In this document: positions 37,858-52,607 of the stretch, piece by piece
Position numbering within the stretch: the first letter of the stretch is position 1
Layout of the letters: each line of letters opens with the position of its first letter
Source: Octopus vulgaris
Lineage: Eukaryota
DNA length: 64,000 bases
Direction of reading: 5' to 3'
NCBI GenBank assembly: GCA_951406725.2
Contig: OX597839.1
Location: 38,936,001-39,000,000, forward strand
The notes under the pieces: generated by a model
Seen by the model: only the letters and a program-made list of their open reading frames with translations
Database searches by the model: none
What the model was told of the DNA's origin: nothing
Made by a program: the position numbers and the translations under genes

Positions 37858-38225
37858 TTTCACTTGTTTTAGCCATTTGACTGCGGCCATCTTGGGGCAA
37901 CACCTTAAAGTATTTAGTCGGCTCCAGTAGTTATTTTATGTCTTATACATATTCTACAGCTCTCTTGCTTGGCGAAACGCTACATTATGAGGATGTAAAC
38001 AAACCAAGATTTGGTGTCCAATGGCAGAGCAGCAAACAAAAAGACAAGCACTCAAACACATATATGTACTACGGGATTCCATGCAATTTCCGTTTCCATC
38101 CTCCAAATTCACTCACCAGGACACTGGTCATCCCAGGGCTATAGCAGAAGACGCTCACCCAAGATGTCGTGTAGAGTGACCAAACGAACCCAAAACCATG
38201 TGGCTACACAGCAAACTTCTTTACA
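37858..38225 (-). mobile_element. Old SINE family A copy
   Basis: Diverged match through tail and head. Confidence 0.7.
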
Positions 38226-38257
38226 CAATCTTACATACAGACACACACACGCACGCA

Positions 38258-38311
<54 letters not shown>

Positions 38312-38434
38312 CAGATACATACATATATATTTACACACACACATATATATACACATATACGTAGATACACACACATACATTTCGATAGATAGCTACATTT
38401 ATATATAGAGATACGTGTGTGTGTATGCATGTGT

Positions 38435-38710
<276 letters not shown>

Positions 38711-39079
38711 CACACATATATAGATATACATAGATGCATATACATACATACCGACGTATGTGTGTGCGTACACATACACTCATATATATTGCAATCCCGC
38801 CAATTGCTAAAAGTTATATCAAAGGTCACGAATATCAATCTTGATTACATGAAAATAAATGGAGAACAACATGAAAAAAAAAAAAAACGGAAAAAGAAAA
38901 AAAAGAGACGTAATAAAAAATATATTTGTATTTTAGGTTTGGGCATGCGCAGTTGACGACGGAAATGATATAATGTGATAGTAACTGATTAAAGAAAAAG
39001 AATAATAATGAAATAAACAGCGAACAGAACGATTAATGGCGTTTTGTTCATACTCACACACATACACAATTATGTATAT

Positions 39080-39102
39080 ATACACACATGTAGGTATATA
39101 TC

Positions 39103-39152
<50 letters not shown>

Positions 39153-39232
39153 TATATACATGACCAAATAATCCGGTTTCCTAACACAAAAACGCTCGTA
39201 TACATAAATATATGTACACTGTACATACACAC

Positions 39233-39282
<50 letters not shown>

Positions 39283-39412
39283 GTAGGTATATATCTTCAT
39301 ATATATATACACACACACACATATACATGACCAAATAATCCGGTTTCCTAACACACAAACGCACGTATATGTAAATATATGTACACTGTACATACACACC
39401 CATATACATACA
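39080..39412. repeat. Local tandem duplication of microsatellite-rich DNA
   Basis: CATGACCAAATAATCCGGTTTCCTAACACA twice. Confidence 0.85.
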
Positions 39413-40156
39413 TATTCACGTATTCCTTGCAATTTTTATTTTCCTAAATTACAAATAGATTAAACTATAGTCGATAATCGCAGAAGCCCAAACACACATA
39501 TAAACATGTATCTACGCATGCATGCTTATATATAATACATATATACATATACATGCATATATGCATACATATATAAGTATACACGCATACACCCAACTAT
39601 CTGGAAGTATGTATATATATGTGTGTGTGTGTGTGTGTGTATTAATATATACCTGTGTTTGAATGTTTAATCTATTCTCTGTTGCTTTCTTGAAAATTGT
39701 ATGTAATGTGTTGTCTTTCATGAAGATATGTATGCACCATATGTAATTATACATGAATACATACATATGTACACACACACGCATATATATGTATCACTGA
39801 ATGGTGATGAAATACATAAAATATAAATGAAAGGAAGAACGATAGAATGAAAGATTAAACAGGAAACCAGAAGATAAGCTCCTTCTATTTGAACCTTCGA
39901 TTCAACATGATCAGGATTCCATTAATGTTTACGATCAGATAACGTTTTAAGTCCCCCTGGTTGGGGAATTGGTAGCCTCTTAAAACTCATTAGGTTTTCA
40001 TCATAAAGGAAAAAGTAGGAAGCAAGACAAAAAAAACGGGGGAAAAGAGAAAAAAACAGTAAGGGAGAATAAAGAAAATATCAAAGTATAGAAGAATATA
40101 TATATACAAATGATGTAAAAAATTGATTAATAAAACTATTATAAAATATAAAAATA

Positions 40157-40212
<56 letters not shown>

Positions 40213-40958
40213 TGATAATAATAATAATAATGATAATAATAATAATATGAAGAGCAACAAGGACGACAGGGATTATAATAACAAGTGCAACCAGCGGCAG
40301 CAGCACTGAAAAAAGACTACTACACTAATATAAAAAGATAAAAATGACAACAAAATATTAACAATATGCAACAACACCAACAAAAGATGCAAATATATTT
40401 TACATTTATATTTGTTGTATAGTGTCCGCTTTTTTTGTTTTTACAAGTTGTATAGTATCCTTTTTTTTTTTTGGTTTTTACAATTTGCTTTTAAACTTCA
40501 AGTTTCAAATTTTTGTAAGTTTTGCTTTTGCAAGCGTTTATTGTAATGTTATATAATATAGATTATTATTTTTTGTTTAACTGTTACTCTCGTTCGCATT
40601 GTTGCAGCTGACGTTGTTGTTGTGCGTATGTGTATATTGGAATGTTCTTTGCTATTTGTTTGTAATATTCGGATAGAAGATGGAGGTGGGCCGGAGGCGT
40701 CGTTCGTTTCGTTGTTTATATTTTTATCATTTTTTTTTGCCTCCTAATTTCGAAAATGTCTCTTGGCACTTTGTCAATGATGTCTTGAAGTGTGTCATCA
40801 AAGACAGCTTGTCACCCAAAGGAACTGCAGCAATGGCAATAAAAAAGACCCCCACCACCATCACCACCACCGCCGCCACCACCACCACCACGAGTATGAT
40901 CCGCTAGAGATGCTAGATATAGCAGACAAAACTTTCTCCTATATATATATATAATACA

Positions 40959-41028
<70 letters not shown>

Positions 41029-41052
41029 TACATATATATATATATATACATA

Positions 41053-41270
41053 ATTCTTATACAAAAATGTTGTTGACAGCGACTTCAAAATTTCGACCAA
41101 CTAAGCCAACGTCCGATGATGGCTTAGTTTAGCTGGCCGAAACTTCGAAGTCACTTTCAACAACATTCTTGTATAAGAATAATAAATTTGTAATCTACAA
41201 AAGTATAGAGCAACCCATCAGACTAATGTAAAATTGTTTTTATTATAACTGAACAGAAAAACACACACAC
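41053..41270. mobile_element. Penelope-like terminal repeat with head-to-head inversion and hammerhead-like core
   Basis: Inverted arms ATTCTTATACAA..GTTGTTGA / TCAACAAC..TTGTATAAGAAT; CCGATGA-tggc...gcc-GAAA-cttcgaag-TC. Confidence 0.7.
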
Positions 41271-41329
41271 ATACACACTTGAGTATATGTCTGTGTGTAC
41301 ACACAGATACCTATATATGTCTGTGTGCA

Positions 41330-41690
<361 letters not shown>

Positions 41691-41991
41691 GTGTGTGTGT
41701 ATGACATATGTGCTTAAATTCTGGGGACACACACACATATCTATATATTCATACCGAAATGTAGCCATCTATATTTGTGTATCTCATTTACGATAAGCAA
41801 AAGGAAAGCAAAATAAGCCAGTAATTGGATTAAAATTTAAAATGGTTTAACATAGAAAAAGAAAAAAACAGAAAATAGAACTATAAAATAAACAGCAAAC
41901 TACAATAACATCTAACAAAAAAAGAAGAACATGATAGTAACAATACAAACAGCAGAAAGAGCCAAAGCAACGGTCGAGCAAATAACACAAT

Positions 41992-42408
41992 AGGCGCAGG
42001 AGTGGCTGTGTGGTAAGTAGCTTGTTTACCAACCACATGGTTCCGGGTTCAGTCCCACTGCGTGGCACCTTGGGCAAGTGTCTTCTGCTATAGCCCCGGG
42101 CCGACCAATGCCTTGTGAGTGGATTTGGTAGACGGAAACTGAAAGAAGCCTGTCGTATATATGTATGTATATATATATAAGTGTGTGTGCGTATATGTTT
42201 GTGTGTCTGTGTTTGTCCCCCTAGCATTGCTTGACAACCGATGCTGGTGTGTTTACGTCCCCGTCACTTAGCGATTCGGCAAAAGAGACCGATAGAATAA
42301 GTACTGGGCTTACAAAAGAATAAGTCCCGGGGTCGATTGGCTCGACTAAAGGCGGTGCTCCAGCATGGCAGCAGTCAAATGACTGAAACAAGTAAAAGAG
42401 TAAAAGAG
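41992..42408 (+). mobile_element. SINE family A, young full-length copy
   Basis: AGGCGCAGGAGTGGCTGTGTGG...(GTAAAAGA)2. Confidence 0.95.
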
Positions 42409-42581
42409 AATAATAATAATAATAATAATAAGAAATATTTTAATTTGCCACCAGGGCGACAGATGAGATGACAATACAAAGACAAGCATAAAGTGTGGAG
42501 ATTTACATAGAATGGAATGATATAAGAAAAAAAAAAAGGAAATGATAGAAATGATATACGATGATGATGATACTACTACTA

Positions 42582-42632
<51 letters not shown>

Positions 42633-42845
42633 GGTGCAACAATTGTGAAAATGATATGCAAATGAAACGTAAGGAGATAAACGTTAACTACAATGGCGGC
42701 CCAAAATGAAAAATGGACAACAACAAGGAGAACAACATCAGGAAAAACAAGAAAAATAACATCTACAATTGACGATGTTAAGAGGAAGAAGAAGAACAAC
42801 AACAATAAGTATTTCAGGAACAATTGATATTTGTGTTTTCTGATA

Positions 42846-42894
<49 letters not shown>

Positions 42895-42956
42895 TACGTG
42901 TGTGCGTATACATGTGTGTATGTGACACAGACACACAGACGCACGCACACGCACAC

Positions 42957-43011
<55 letters not shown>

Positions 43012-43113
43012 GAGACAGGTTAAATGCGAAGCTTGAAAATGTAGTTTTAAACATGGCGAATTGGCGTGGAACCATTTAATCACCAGCAGTTAGGCTGGTA
43101 TCCAAAATGATAC

Positions 43114-43177
<64 letters not shown>

Positions 43178-43500
43178 TAATAATAATAACAACAATAACA
43201 ACAAATAATTACAACAAAAAGAAAACTTGAAAAACGGCTGGAATTGCGGGCTAAGAAGGATATGCATCTTGAGAACAAGAATAATGTATAGTTAATAATA
43301 GTGGTGATAATGACAACAACAACAACAACAACAGCAGCAGCAGCAACAATAATAATAATAATAATAGTACTAATAATAATGGTGATGAAGAATAAAAAAC
43401 TGATAAATGGATTAGAATGTTTCCGGGCTGATCGGGTCTAATGTGATGTGGTAGGGGAAAATAGATTAGATTTTAAATATATATACGTGTGTGTGTATGA

Positions 43501-43536
<36 letters not shown>

Positions 43537-43596
43537 ATCTATGATATTTATGTACGTATGTATGTATGCATGTATGTGTATATATATATATAGTTA

Positions 43597-43790
43597 CTCC
43601 AAACATGAACAAAGAGAAAACACAACGCGAGGACGTGGAACAAGTATAGCGGTATTGGACGCTCAGGAAAGGAAAGAAAGGAGGATTTAACGTTTCGAGC
43701 GGAGCTCTTCGTCAGAAACATAGAAAAATGAAAAGTCCAAGGAAGGGAAGACGGAGAAAGATAATCGCCAACGATACACACGCGGTCACA
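43597..43790 (-). mobile_element. Family P1 Penelope-like terminal repeat with hammerhead (43685-43719)
   Basis: Minus strand gttt-CTGACGA-a-gagc tcc gctc-GAAA-cgtt-aaat. Confidence 0.75.
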
Positions 43791-43982
43791 CACACACACA
43801 CACACATATATACATACATATATACGAAGGGGTTCTTTCAGTTTCCGTCTACCAAATCCATTCAGAAGGCTTCGGTCGGGTCGAGGCTATAACAGAAGAC
43901 AGTCGCACAAGATGCCACGTAGTGGGACTGAACCCGCAATCATGTGGTTGGGACGCATTCTTCTTACCATGCAGCCACTCCT
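43791..43982 (-). mobile_element. SINE family A head half
   Basis: Reverse complement match. Confidence 0.8.
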
Positions 43983-44150
43983 AGGAAAATGAGACGACAA
44001 AGGAATAAACGGTTATCTTATGAACTTCATTAGCTTACAGCTGTTTCTGCTAATAAGAAGCAGTAGTCTCACATTTGAGGGCCTCCGTAACACCTTTATG
44101 TATATAACGTTCTACACAAGGTTATTAGTCTCGCAATGCACTAACCCAAA

Positions 44151-44266
<116 letters not shown>

Positions 44267-44269
44267 ATG

Positions 44270-44315
<46 letters not shown>

Positions 44316-44337
44316 TGTGTGTGTGTGTGTATGTATG

Positions 44338-44453
<116 letters not shown>

Positions 44454-44456
44454 CAT

Positions 44457-44617
44457 GCGCAGGAGTGGCCGTGTGGTATGAAGCTTGCTTCCTAACCACA
44501 TGGTTCCGGGTTCAGTCCCACTGCGTAGCACCTTGGGAAAGTGTCGTCTACTATAGCCTCAGGCCGACCAAAGCCTTGAAAGTGGATTTGGTAGATGAAG
44601 ACTGAAAGAAGCCCGTC
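44457..44617 (+). mobile_element. SINE family A head half
   Basis: GCGCAGGAGTGGCCGTGTGG...GAAGCCCGTCG. Confidence 0.85.
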
Positions 44618-45356
44618 GAATGTACATATATTATGCGCACACGCAGATATTTATTCAGTATCTGCAACCGTGACTCCGACAAAATATATTTCGTTTCCCC
44701 CGCGGTTGACATACATACGCTTACCCAATCCCTGTGTCTCAAGAGGTCTCGCGAATGTGATCTTTAGCGTAAGACAGATTCAGTAGTGTCAAGAGCAAAA
44801 CCTACCTCTCTATAAAGTTTTCATTGTTCTAACGAAAGCCTTTACATACATCGTATTTCATCAGCAGCATCACGTCTCACCGGGAAGTAGTACCTTATAT
44901 AATGTCACGTCTTAAATATCTGTTAATCCCATGTGTAATATCGATTGGATCGTATAAGTGATATAATCGATATTTTTGTCCTCATCTCGGTTGGATAAAT
45001 GCTTCATCGCCATTTTTATTTATTAGATATTTTATGGTAGGTATTCTGGTCGTGGACAGCTAAAACATAACGAACGATTAAAATGTGACGTGTAGTAATC
45101 GTCAAGAGTCCAGTAAGGACCACTATTCTGTCAGTCTCCGGAAGGTCAATGAGAGGGCAGGTTCTTTTCGAAGAGTTTCTTCCCGAACACCAGAATGTTC
45201 TTTCCATTTATGAGGATTTGGTTCTTATGTATATCAAATGCTATCTGGACTGATTTTCCCTTTGCTTATCACATTTCTGTGGAAATAAATATATTGCCTT
45301 AATTTCAGTTAATTTTGAAAATTATGAAGTTAGCAGAAACAGTACGGAAGCCCGTC

Positions 45357-45390
<34 letters not shown>

Positions 45391-45392
<2 letters not shown>

Positions 45393-45745
45393 TTTTACTT
45401 GTTTCAGTCATTTGACTGTGGCCATGCTGGAGCACTGCCTTTAGTCGAACAAATCGACCTCAGGATTTATTCTTTGTAAGCCTAGTATTTACTCTATCGG
45501 TCTCTTTTGCTGAAGCGCTAAATTTCAGGGACGGAAACACACCAAGGTCGGTTTTCAGCGATGGTGGGAGGACAAACGCGCACACACACACACACATATA
45601 TACGACGGGCTTCTTTCAGTTTCCGCCTACCAGATCTACTCACACACTTTTGGTTGGCCCGAGGCTATAGTAGAAGACACTTGCCCAAGGTGCAACGTAG
45701 TGAGACTGAATCTGGAACCATGTTTCTTACCACACAGCCACGCCC
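45391..45745 (-). mobile_element. SINE family A
   Basis: Reverse complement match. Confidence 0.85.
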
Positions 45746-45969
45746 ATGGATGGAATGATAGGCGTGTGTGTAATTTTGTGATTGTCCCTCCACCGCTTGA
45801 CAGCCAGTATAGTTTGCAACGGGGATGTAACTTAGCGGTTTGCCAAAAGAGACCGATAGACTAAGAACCATACTTAAAAATAAGTACTGGAGTTGATTTG
45901 CTCGACAAAGCTCTCAAGGCTGTGTTCCAGTACACTAATGTTCAGAACATAAATTTGCATCAAACATTG

Positions 45970-46375
45970 GTTTCTAATTCTGGCACAAGGCCAGCAGATT
46001 CGGGGAAGTGGGTAAGTCTATTACAGCGAGCCCAATGATCAGCTGGTTTATTTTATCGACCCCGAAAGGATGAAAGGTGAAGTCAACCTCGGTGGAATTT
46101 GAACTCAGAAAGTAAAGACGGAGGAAAGACTGCTAAGCATGTTACCCAGCGTGCTAACGATTCTACCAGCTCTCCGCCTAAAATTAACATAAAATATTGG
46201 TTTCAAAATTCTGGCTCAAGATCAGCAATTTCAGGGGAAGGGTTAAGTCGATTACATCAACCCCAGTGATTCGCGTAAAGATGAGAGACAAAATCGATCC
46301 CGGCGAAAACCAACTCAGAACGTAAGACGGACGAAATGCCGTTAACCATTTGCTCTTAGCACGCTAACTCACTGC
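45970..46375 (-). mobile_element. Two adjacent old SINE family B copies (TGGTTTC..GGCACAAGGCC tail variant)
   Basis: B core on the minus strand twice. Confidence 0.7.
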
Positions 46376-46656
46376 CAAAAAATCAACTTTAATTATTAAT
46401 GAAAAGTTTAAATTCAAACCACTTTAAAATATGAATTTTGTATTGTAGAACCATGGAGCGGTTTCAAGTTGATCGGCATCAAAAGAGTAAATCCTTTGCC
46501 AGTGAAAAGAATTTTGTCCTGAACGTCTATGCTTCTTTTCAGACTTCTAGTTAGTCCTTGTTTCATGCATTCCAAGAAATATAAAGCTTTCCTTACATAA
46601 GTCTCGAGTTACTCAGTCGGATGAACAAAAAAAAATAAATAAATAAATAAATAATA

Positions 46657-46824
46657 AGGCGCAGGAGTGGCTGTGTGGTAAGTAGCTTGTTTACCAACCA
46701 CATGGTTCCGGGTTCAGTCCCACTGCGTGGCATCTTGGGCGTCTTCTGCTATAGCCCCGGGCCGACCAATGCCTTGTGAGTGGATTTGGTAGACGGAAAC
46801 TGAAAGAAGCCTGTCGTATATATG

Positions 46825-46855
<31 letters not shown>

Positions 46856-47066
46856 TTGTGTGTCTGTGTTTGTCCCCCCTAGCATTGCTTGACAGCCGAT
46901 GCTGGTGTGTTTACGTCCCCGTCACTTAGCGGTTCGGCAAAATAGACCGATAGAATAAGTATTGGGCTTACAAAAGAATAAGTCCCGGGGTCGATTTGCT
47001 CGACTAAAGGCGGTGCTCCAGCATGGCCGCAGTCAAATGACTGAAACAAGTAAAAGAGTAAAAGAG
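46657..47066 (+). mobile_element. SINE family A, young full-length copy
   Basis: Near identity to 41992-42408. Confidence 0.95.
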
Positions 47067-47299
47067 TAACCCAATTCGGAATACGTATCATATGTGATGC
47101 ATGGGTATCAAGGAAAAAAATGTCCTGTGTATCACATGTAATTCAGAGGACACGCAAAGGGTTAAGCCTTTTCATTAGCGATAGAATCGGTCAAAAATCG
47201 ATATTTTATGAGTAAGCTGCAAACTGATGCTTGAGTTTGGTGGGTTTTAATGACACTGGAACGGAATCCCTCTACAGACTGACCAAATATTCCAAACAC

Positions 47300-47790
47300 T
47301 GGTTCCAATATCCATTGTAAAAAGGCGTTATTGAATATTGCTTTGATGTAAAAGAAAAGCTTTGACTACCATATGAAAAAAATCTAATATAATAAAAATT
47401 TGTTGTCCTCTTTTTGTTCGTTGCACCTTTATATCATACATTTTCCTCAATTATGTTTTTATAGCACTTATGGAACAAGGGGATGCTTGGGAGGCCATTG
47501 ATGTGAAGGTTTTTCGATTTCGGGAATTTTTTTTTTTTAGTTTAACTATCAAATATGAACATTTCTTTTGGCCAAATTCCATCCATATTTCAGTAAAAAA
47601 TGTTGCAGCTGATTCCTGCTGATTCCACACAAAAGAAATTACGAGTTTCATTAGTGTATATCCCGCTGTTTTAGACTGAAACATAACATCTATACTTTTG
47701 TATAAGAAATAACATGAACAGAAGCGCAGACAGAGTGTCGCCCTGGCATATTCCTTTGAAAGACTTATACAATATCGAAGTCAATCGATA
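47300..47790 (-). pseudogene. Decayed reverse transcriptase fragment, R4/Dong-like
   Basis: Minus strand KGICQGDTLSALLF and EIWMEFGQKKC match the GIFQGDSLSPLLF and DIGMEFGxxKC motifs. Confidence 0.7.
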
Positions 47791-47913
47791 TGCTTTCAGT
47801 TACAATTATGGGCCATTGCTGACGAGGTCTTTGTGAACCTTTCTCTGGCAGTAACTAGGTCAGTGAAAACCTTGCTCAAGAATAGTGACTCTACCAACCA
47901 CGAGTAGAGTTGG

Positions 47914-48265
47914 ACTTATTCTATCGTTCTTTTTTTGCCGAACCGCTAGTTACGAGGACGTCAAAACACCAACACCAGCTGTCAAGCGTAAGGGGGAGGA
48001 ACATAGACAAACACACACACACACACATAACAGGCTTCTTTCAGTTTCTGTCTGCCAAATCCACCCACAAGGCTTTAGTTGGCCTAAGGCTATAGTACAA
48101 GACACTTACCCAAAATGCCATGCAGTGGAACTGAAACTGGAACCATGTGTTTGGGAAGCCAACTCCGAACCACACGGCAAACTCCGTACCACACAGCAAG
48201 CTCCGTACCACACAGCAAACTCCGTACCACACAGCAAACTCCGTACCACACAGCCACGCCTGCGC
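47914..48265 (-). mobile_element. SINE family A with a 19-bp head segment amplified five times
   Basis: CTCCG(T/A)ACCACAC.GC at 48163, 48182, 48201, 48220, 48239. Confidence 0.8.
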
Positions 48266-48503
48266 TTATAAGATGGACTTTCACGCAGCATTCATTCAAA
48301 GTATTCATTAAATCAAATTCGTTCAAAAGCAGAAAACACTTGCCCAAAGTACCGCGCGCGGTGAGACAGAATGGGAAACCGGCTGGTTGCAAAGTTAGCT
48401 TCTGAACCACATAGCCATGCCCGCGCTCAGTAGTTTTCCTTGTTGGTAATTCTGGAAGAGACGTTCACATCTGCAGGGTGTCCGAGACTTCTATGGCTTA
48501 ACA

Positions 48504-49185
48504 GTCGAACCAATTCTACTATATGGCTCAGAAATCTGGACGTTATCAAAGAAGCTTGAGAGGCGGTTGGATGGAACCTACACTCGCCTCCTTATGAGAG
48601 CTCAAAATCTCTCGTGGAAGCGCCATCCAACCAAAATGCAAATATATGAGAATCTACCACTTGTGTCATCTCTTGTGAAAGGTAGGAGAGTCCAGTTTGC
48701 TGGACATTGTTGTAGAGCTGAAAAAGAGGTAATTTCTGCTCTTCTCCTCTGGAAGCCATCTACTCGCAATACCAGAGGGCGCACACTCTCCTACCCTGAT
48801 GTAATCTCCAGGGATACAGGCATCCAGCAACAGGAACCTACACTCACCTCCTTATGAGAGCTCAAAATCTCTCGTGGAGGCGCCATCCGACCAAAATGCA
48901 AATATATGGGAAACTACCACCTATGTCATCTCTTGTGAAAGGTAGGAGAGTCCAGTTTGCTGGACATTGTTGTAGAGCTGAAAAAGAGGTAATTTCTACT
49001 CTTCTCCTCTGGAAGCCATCTACTCGCAATACCAGAGGGCGCACACTCTCCTACCCTGATGTAATCTCCAGGGATACAGGCATCCAGCAACAGGACCTCT
49101 GTAATGCCATGATGGACCGTGAAGTCTGGCGTAGCATAGTAAATTCCATTGTCTCGACCACGGTCGAACAATGATGATGATGATG
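48504..49185 (+). mobile_element. 5'-truncated RTE-like LINE with internal 260-bp duplication, (TGA)n tail and 11-bp TSD
   Basis: LLYGSEIWTL...FAGHCCR...MDREVWR; TSD ATGGCTTAACA at 48493-48503 and 49186-49196. Confidence 0.9.
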
Positions 49186-49465
49186 ATGGCTTAACATGAT
49201 AATTCTTTTCGCTTCCAAACAGCGACACCAGGAATGTTATATTTGCATTATACAAATGTATTCAAGGAAATATTTCACCAATATTTCTTGCGTTCACATC
49301 TATGTATTCAATATGCATAAATGTATGTATACATTTATAAATCCGTATGTATATATGTGTGTGTATGTGTTATTCATCAAGCATACAATTGCATTTGCTT
49401 TGTGAATCTGTAGGTTTTGAATTATCCATGCAATTCAAAGTATGTGTATTTACATAAGTACATAT

Positions 49466-49884
49466 CTCTTTTACTCTTTTACTTGTTTCAGTCATTTGAC
49501 TGCGGCCATGCTGGAGCACCGCCTTTAATCGAGCAACTCGACCCCGGGACTTATTCTTTTTTTGTAAGCCCAGTACTTATTCTATCGGTCTCTTTTACCG
49601 AACCGCTAAGTAACGGAGACATAAACACACCAGCATCGGTTGTCAAGCAATGCTAGGGGGACAAACGCAGACACACAAACATATACACACACATACATAC
49701 ATATATACATATACATATATACGACAGGCTTCTTTCAGTTTCCGTCTACCAAATCCACTCACAAGGCATTGGTCGGCTCGGGGCTATAGCAGAAGACACT
49801 TGCCCAAGGTGCCACGCAGTGAGACTGAACCCGGAACTATGTGGTTGGTTAGCAAGCTACTTACCACACAGCCACTCCTGCGCC
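49466..49884 (-). mobile_element. SINE family A, young full-length copy between ~140-bp direct repeats
   Basis: Full reverse complement match; flanks 49328-49465 and 49885-50030 are similar. Confidence 0.93.
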
Positions 49885-50368
49885 TATACATTTATAAATC
49901 CGTATGTATATATGTGTGTGAGTGTGTGTATTATTCATCAAGCATACAATTGCATTTGCTTTGTGAATCTGTAGGTTTTGAATTATCTACGTATACAAAT
50001 ACAAGTATGTGTATTTACATAAGTACATATATTTACTTACTATGCAGAAAACGTCTGGAATATTATATGTGTACTAACAGTTCAATCAATGGCTTTTTTT
50101 TTAGCTGGTGTTCTCCATTAGATCTTGTTCTTTCTGGGTTTCGTAAAGCCTATCATCTTAACATGGTTGCTGAAGTAGTTAGCGACATACTCAAGTGCCC
50201 AAAGGAAGAAAATCTTAAGTTAAAGTCCACAGTCCAACTATGCCTATGTGTATGGCATTTATGCTAAGTATGCAAGTATGCAAACGTAAATGTATGCACA
50301 TGTGTGTGCATATATATGAACATGTATGTATATGTTATATACGTATGAAGAGAAACTGCTCTTATATT

Positions 50369-51308
<940 letters not shown>

Positions 51309-51560
51309 TACTTGGAGGAAACGAAACGACGCGAGGGCGCTCAGTCATACAATAGTGTAATAAATAAAATATATGCATATATACATACATATATGTACGT
51401 ACCTACATCTACATGTATATATACATGCATATATAAATATATATACGTGAGTACAGGACACCACAAATAGACGTAGAACTCAACGATGCAAACATATCTA
51501 TATACACACATACATAGGCACGAACGCACACGTACACACACACACACACACACACGCATA

Positions 51561-51725
51561 TGCGCAGGAGTGCCCGTGTGGTAAGAAACCTACTTCCCAA
51601 TTAGATGATTCCGGGTTTAGTTCCACTACGTGGCACCATGGTCAAGTGTCCTCTGCTATAGCCCTGGGCCAACGAAAGCCTTGTTTAATGTATTTGGTAG
51701 AGAGAAACTGAAAGAAACTCTTCGT
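51561..51725 (+). mobile_element. Old SINE family A head half
   Basis: GCGCAGGAGTGCCCGTGTGG...GAAACTGAAAGAA. Confidence 0.75.
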
Positions 51726-51979
51726 TTATATAAATGTGTGTATGCGTGTGTGTGTATGTGTGTGTCCATGCATCTGTATATGTGTGTGTATGTGTATGTG
51801 TGTAAGGATGTATGTATGTATGTATGTATGCATGTATGTATGTATGTATTTATGTATACACAGATATGGGATGTTAGAAATGGATAGATTTTATGGCCAG
51901 AACTATCGGTATATATCGATACATCTCACAATCGGTGGGAAATATATTTTATGAGTAACAACAACCACAAAAGGAACAG

Positions 51980-52325
51980 GAGCAGTAGCAGCATCAGCAG
52001 TCACAGTATCCAGCAGCAGCAGCAATTAAAGCAGTATGATTATAAGCATTATCATCAGCAGCAGCGACAGAAGCGGCAGCAGCCGCAGTAGTAGTAGTAA
52101 ATGCATTATTAAGAAAAACCAGCAGTAGCAACGGTAGTAGCGGGCAGCAGCAGCAGCATTACCAGCAACAGCAGTTGTAGCGGTATCATTATCATCATTA
52201 TCATAATTTACATCAACAGCAATAACAGAGGTACTATATAATCAGAGTTTAATATTAAACAGCAGCAGCAGCAGCAGCAGCAGCAGCCGTAATAGCAGCA
52301 GTGGTAGTGGTAGTAGTAGTAGTAG
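51980..52325. repeat. Degenerate (CAG)n/(TAG)n tract
   Basis: Direct; stop codons interspersed. Confidence 0.85.
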
Positions 52326-52537
52326 GTGCTGTATAGCACACGGTCTGGTAATGGGTAGCAGTGTGAGGACTATAACTGCTTACAGGTTAGTACGGTGAAT
52401 AATCTAGTCAATACACGGGGAACCTGGCAAAGTGAAACTCGGATCAGATAGACCAGCGTACGAGAACGAGACAATACAAAGCGATCAATATTACTTCCTC
52501 TTCTACTCCTCCTCCTTTCCTATCTCTCTCTCTCTCC

Positions 52538-52584
<47 letters not shown>

Positions 52585-52607
52585 ATACGCAACGCCACCA
52601 CGAAGTA

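Noticed and set aside
40400-40800. Possible UTR or first exon of a host gene
   Set aside because: Unique-looking, but no ORF, splice pattern or other evidence visible.
48160-48256. CRISPR-like short repeats
   Set aside because: Head-to-tail units without spacers, derived from a SINE.
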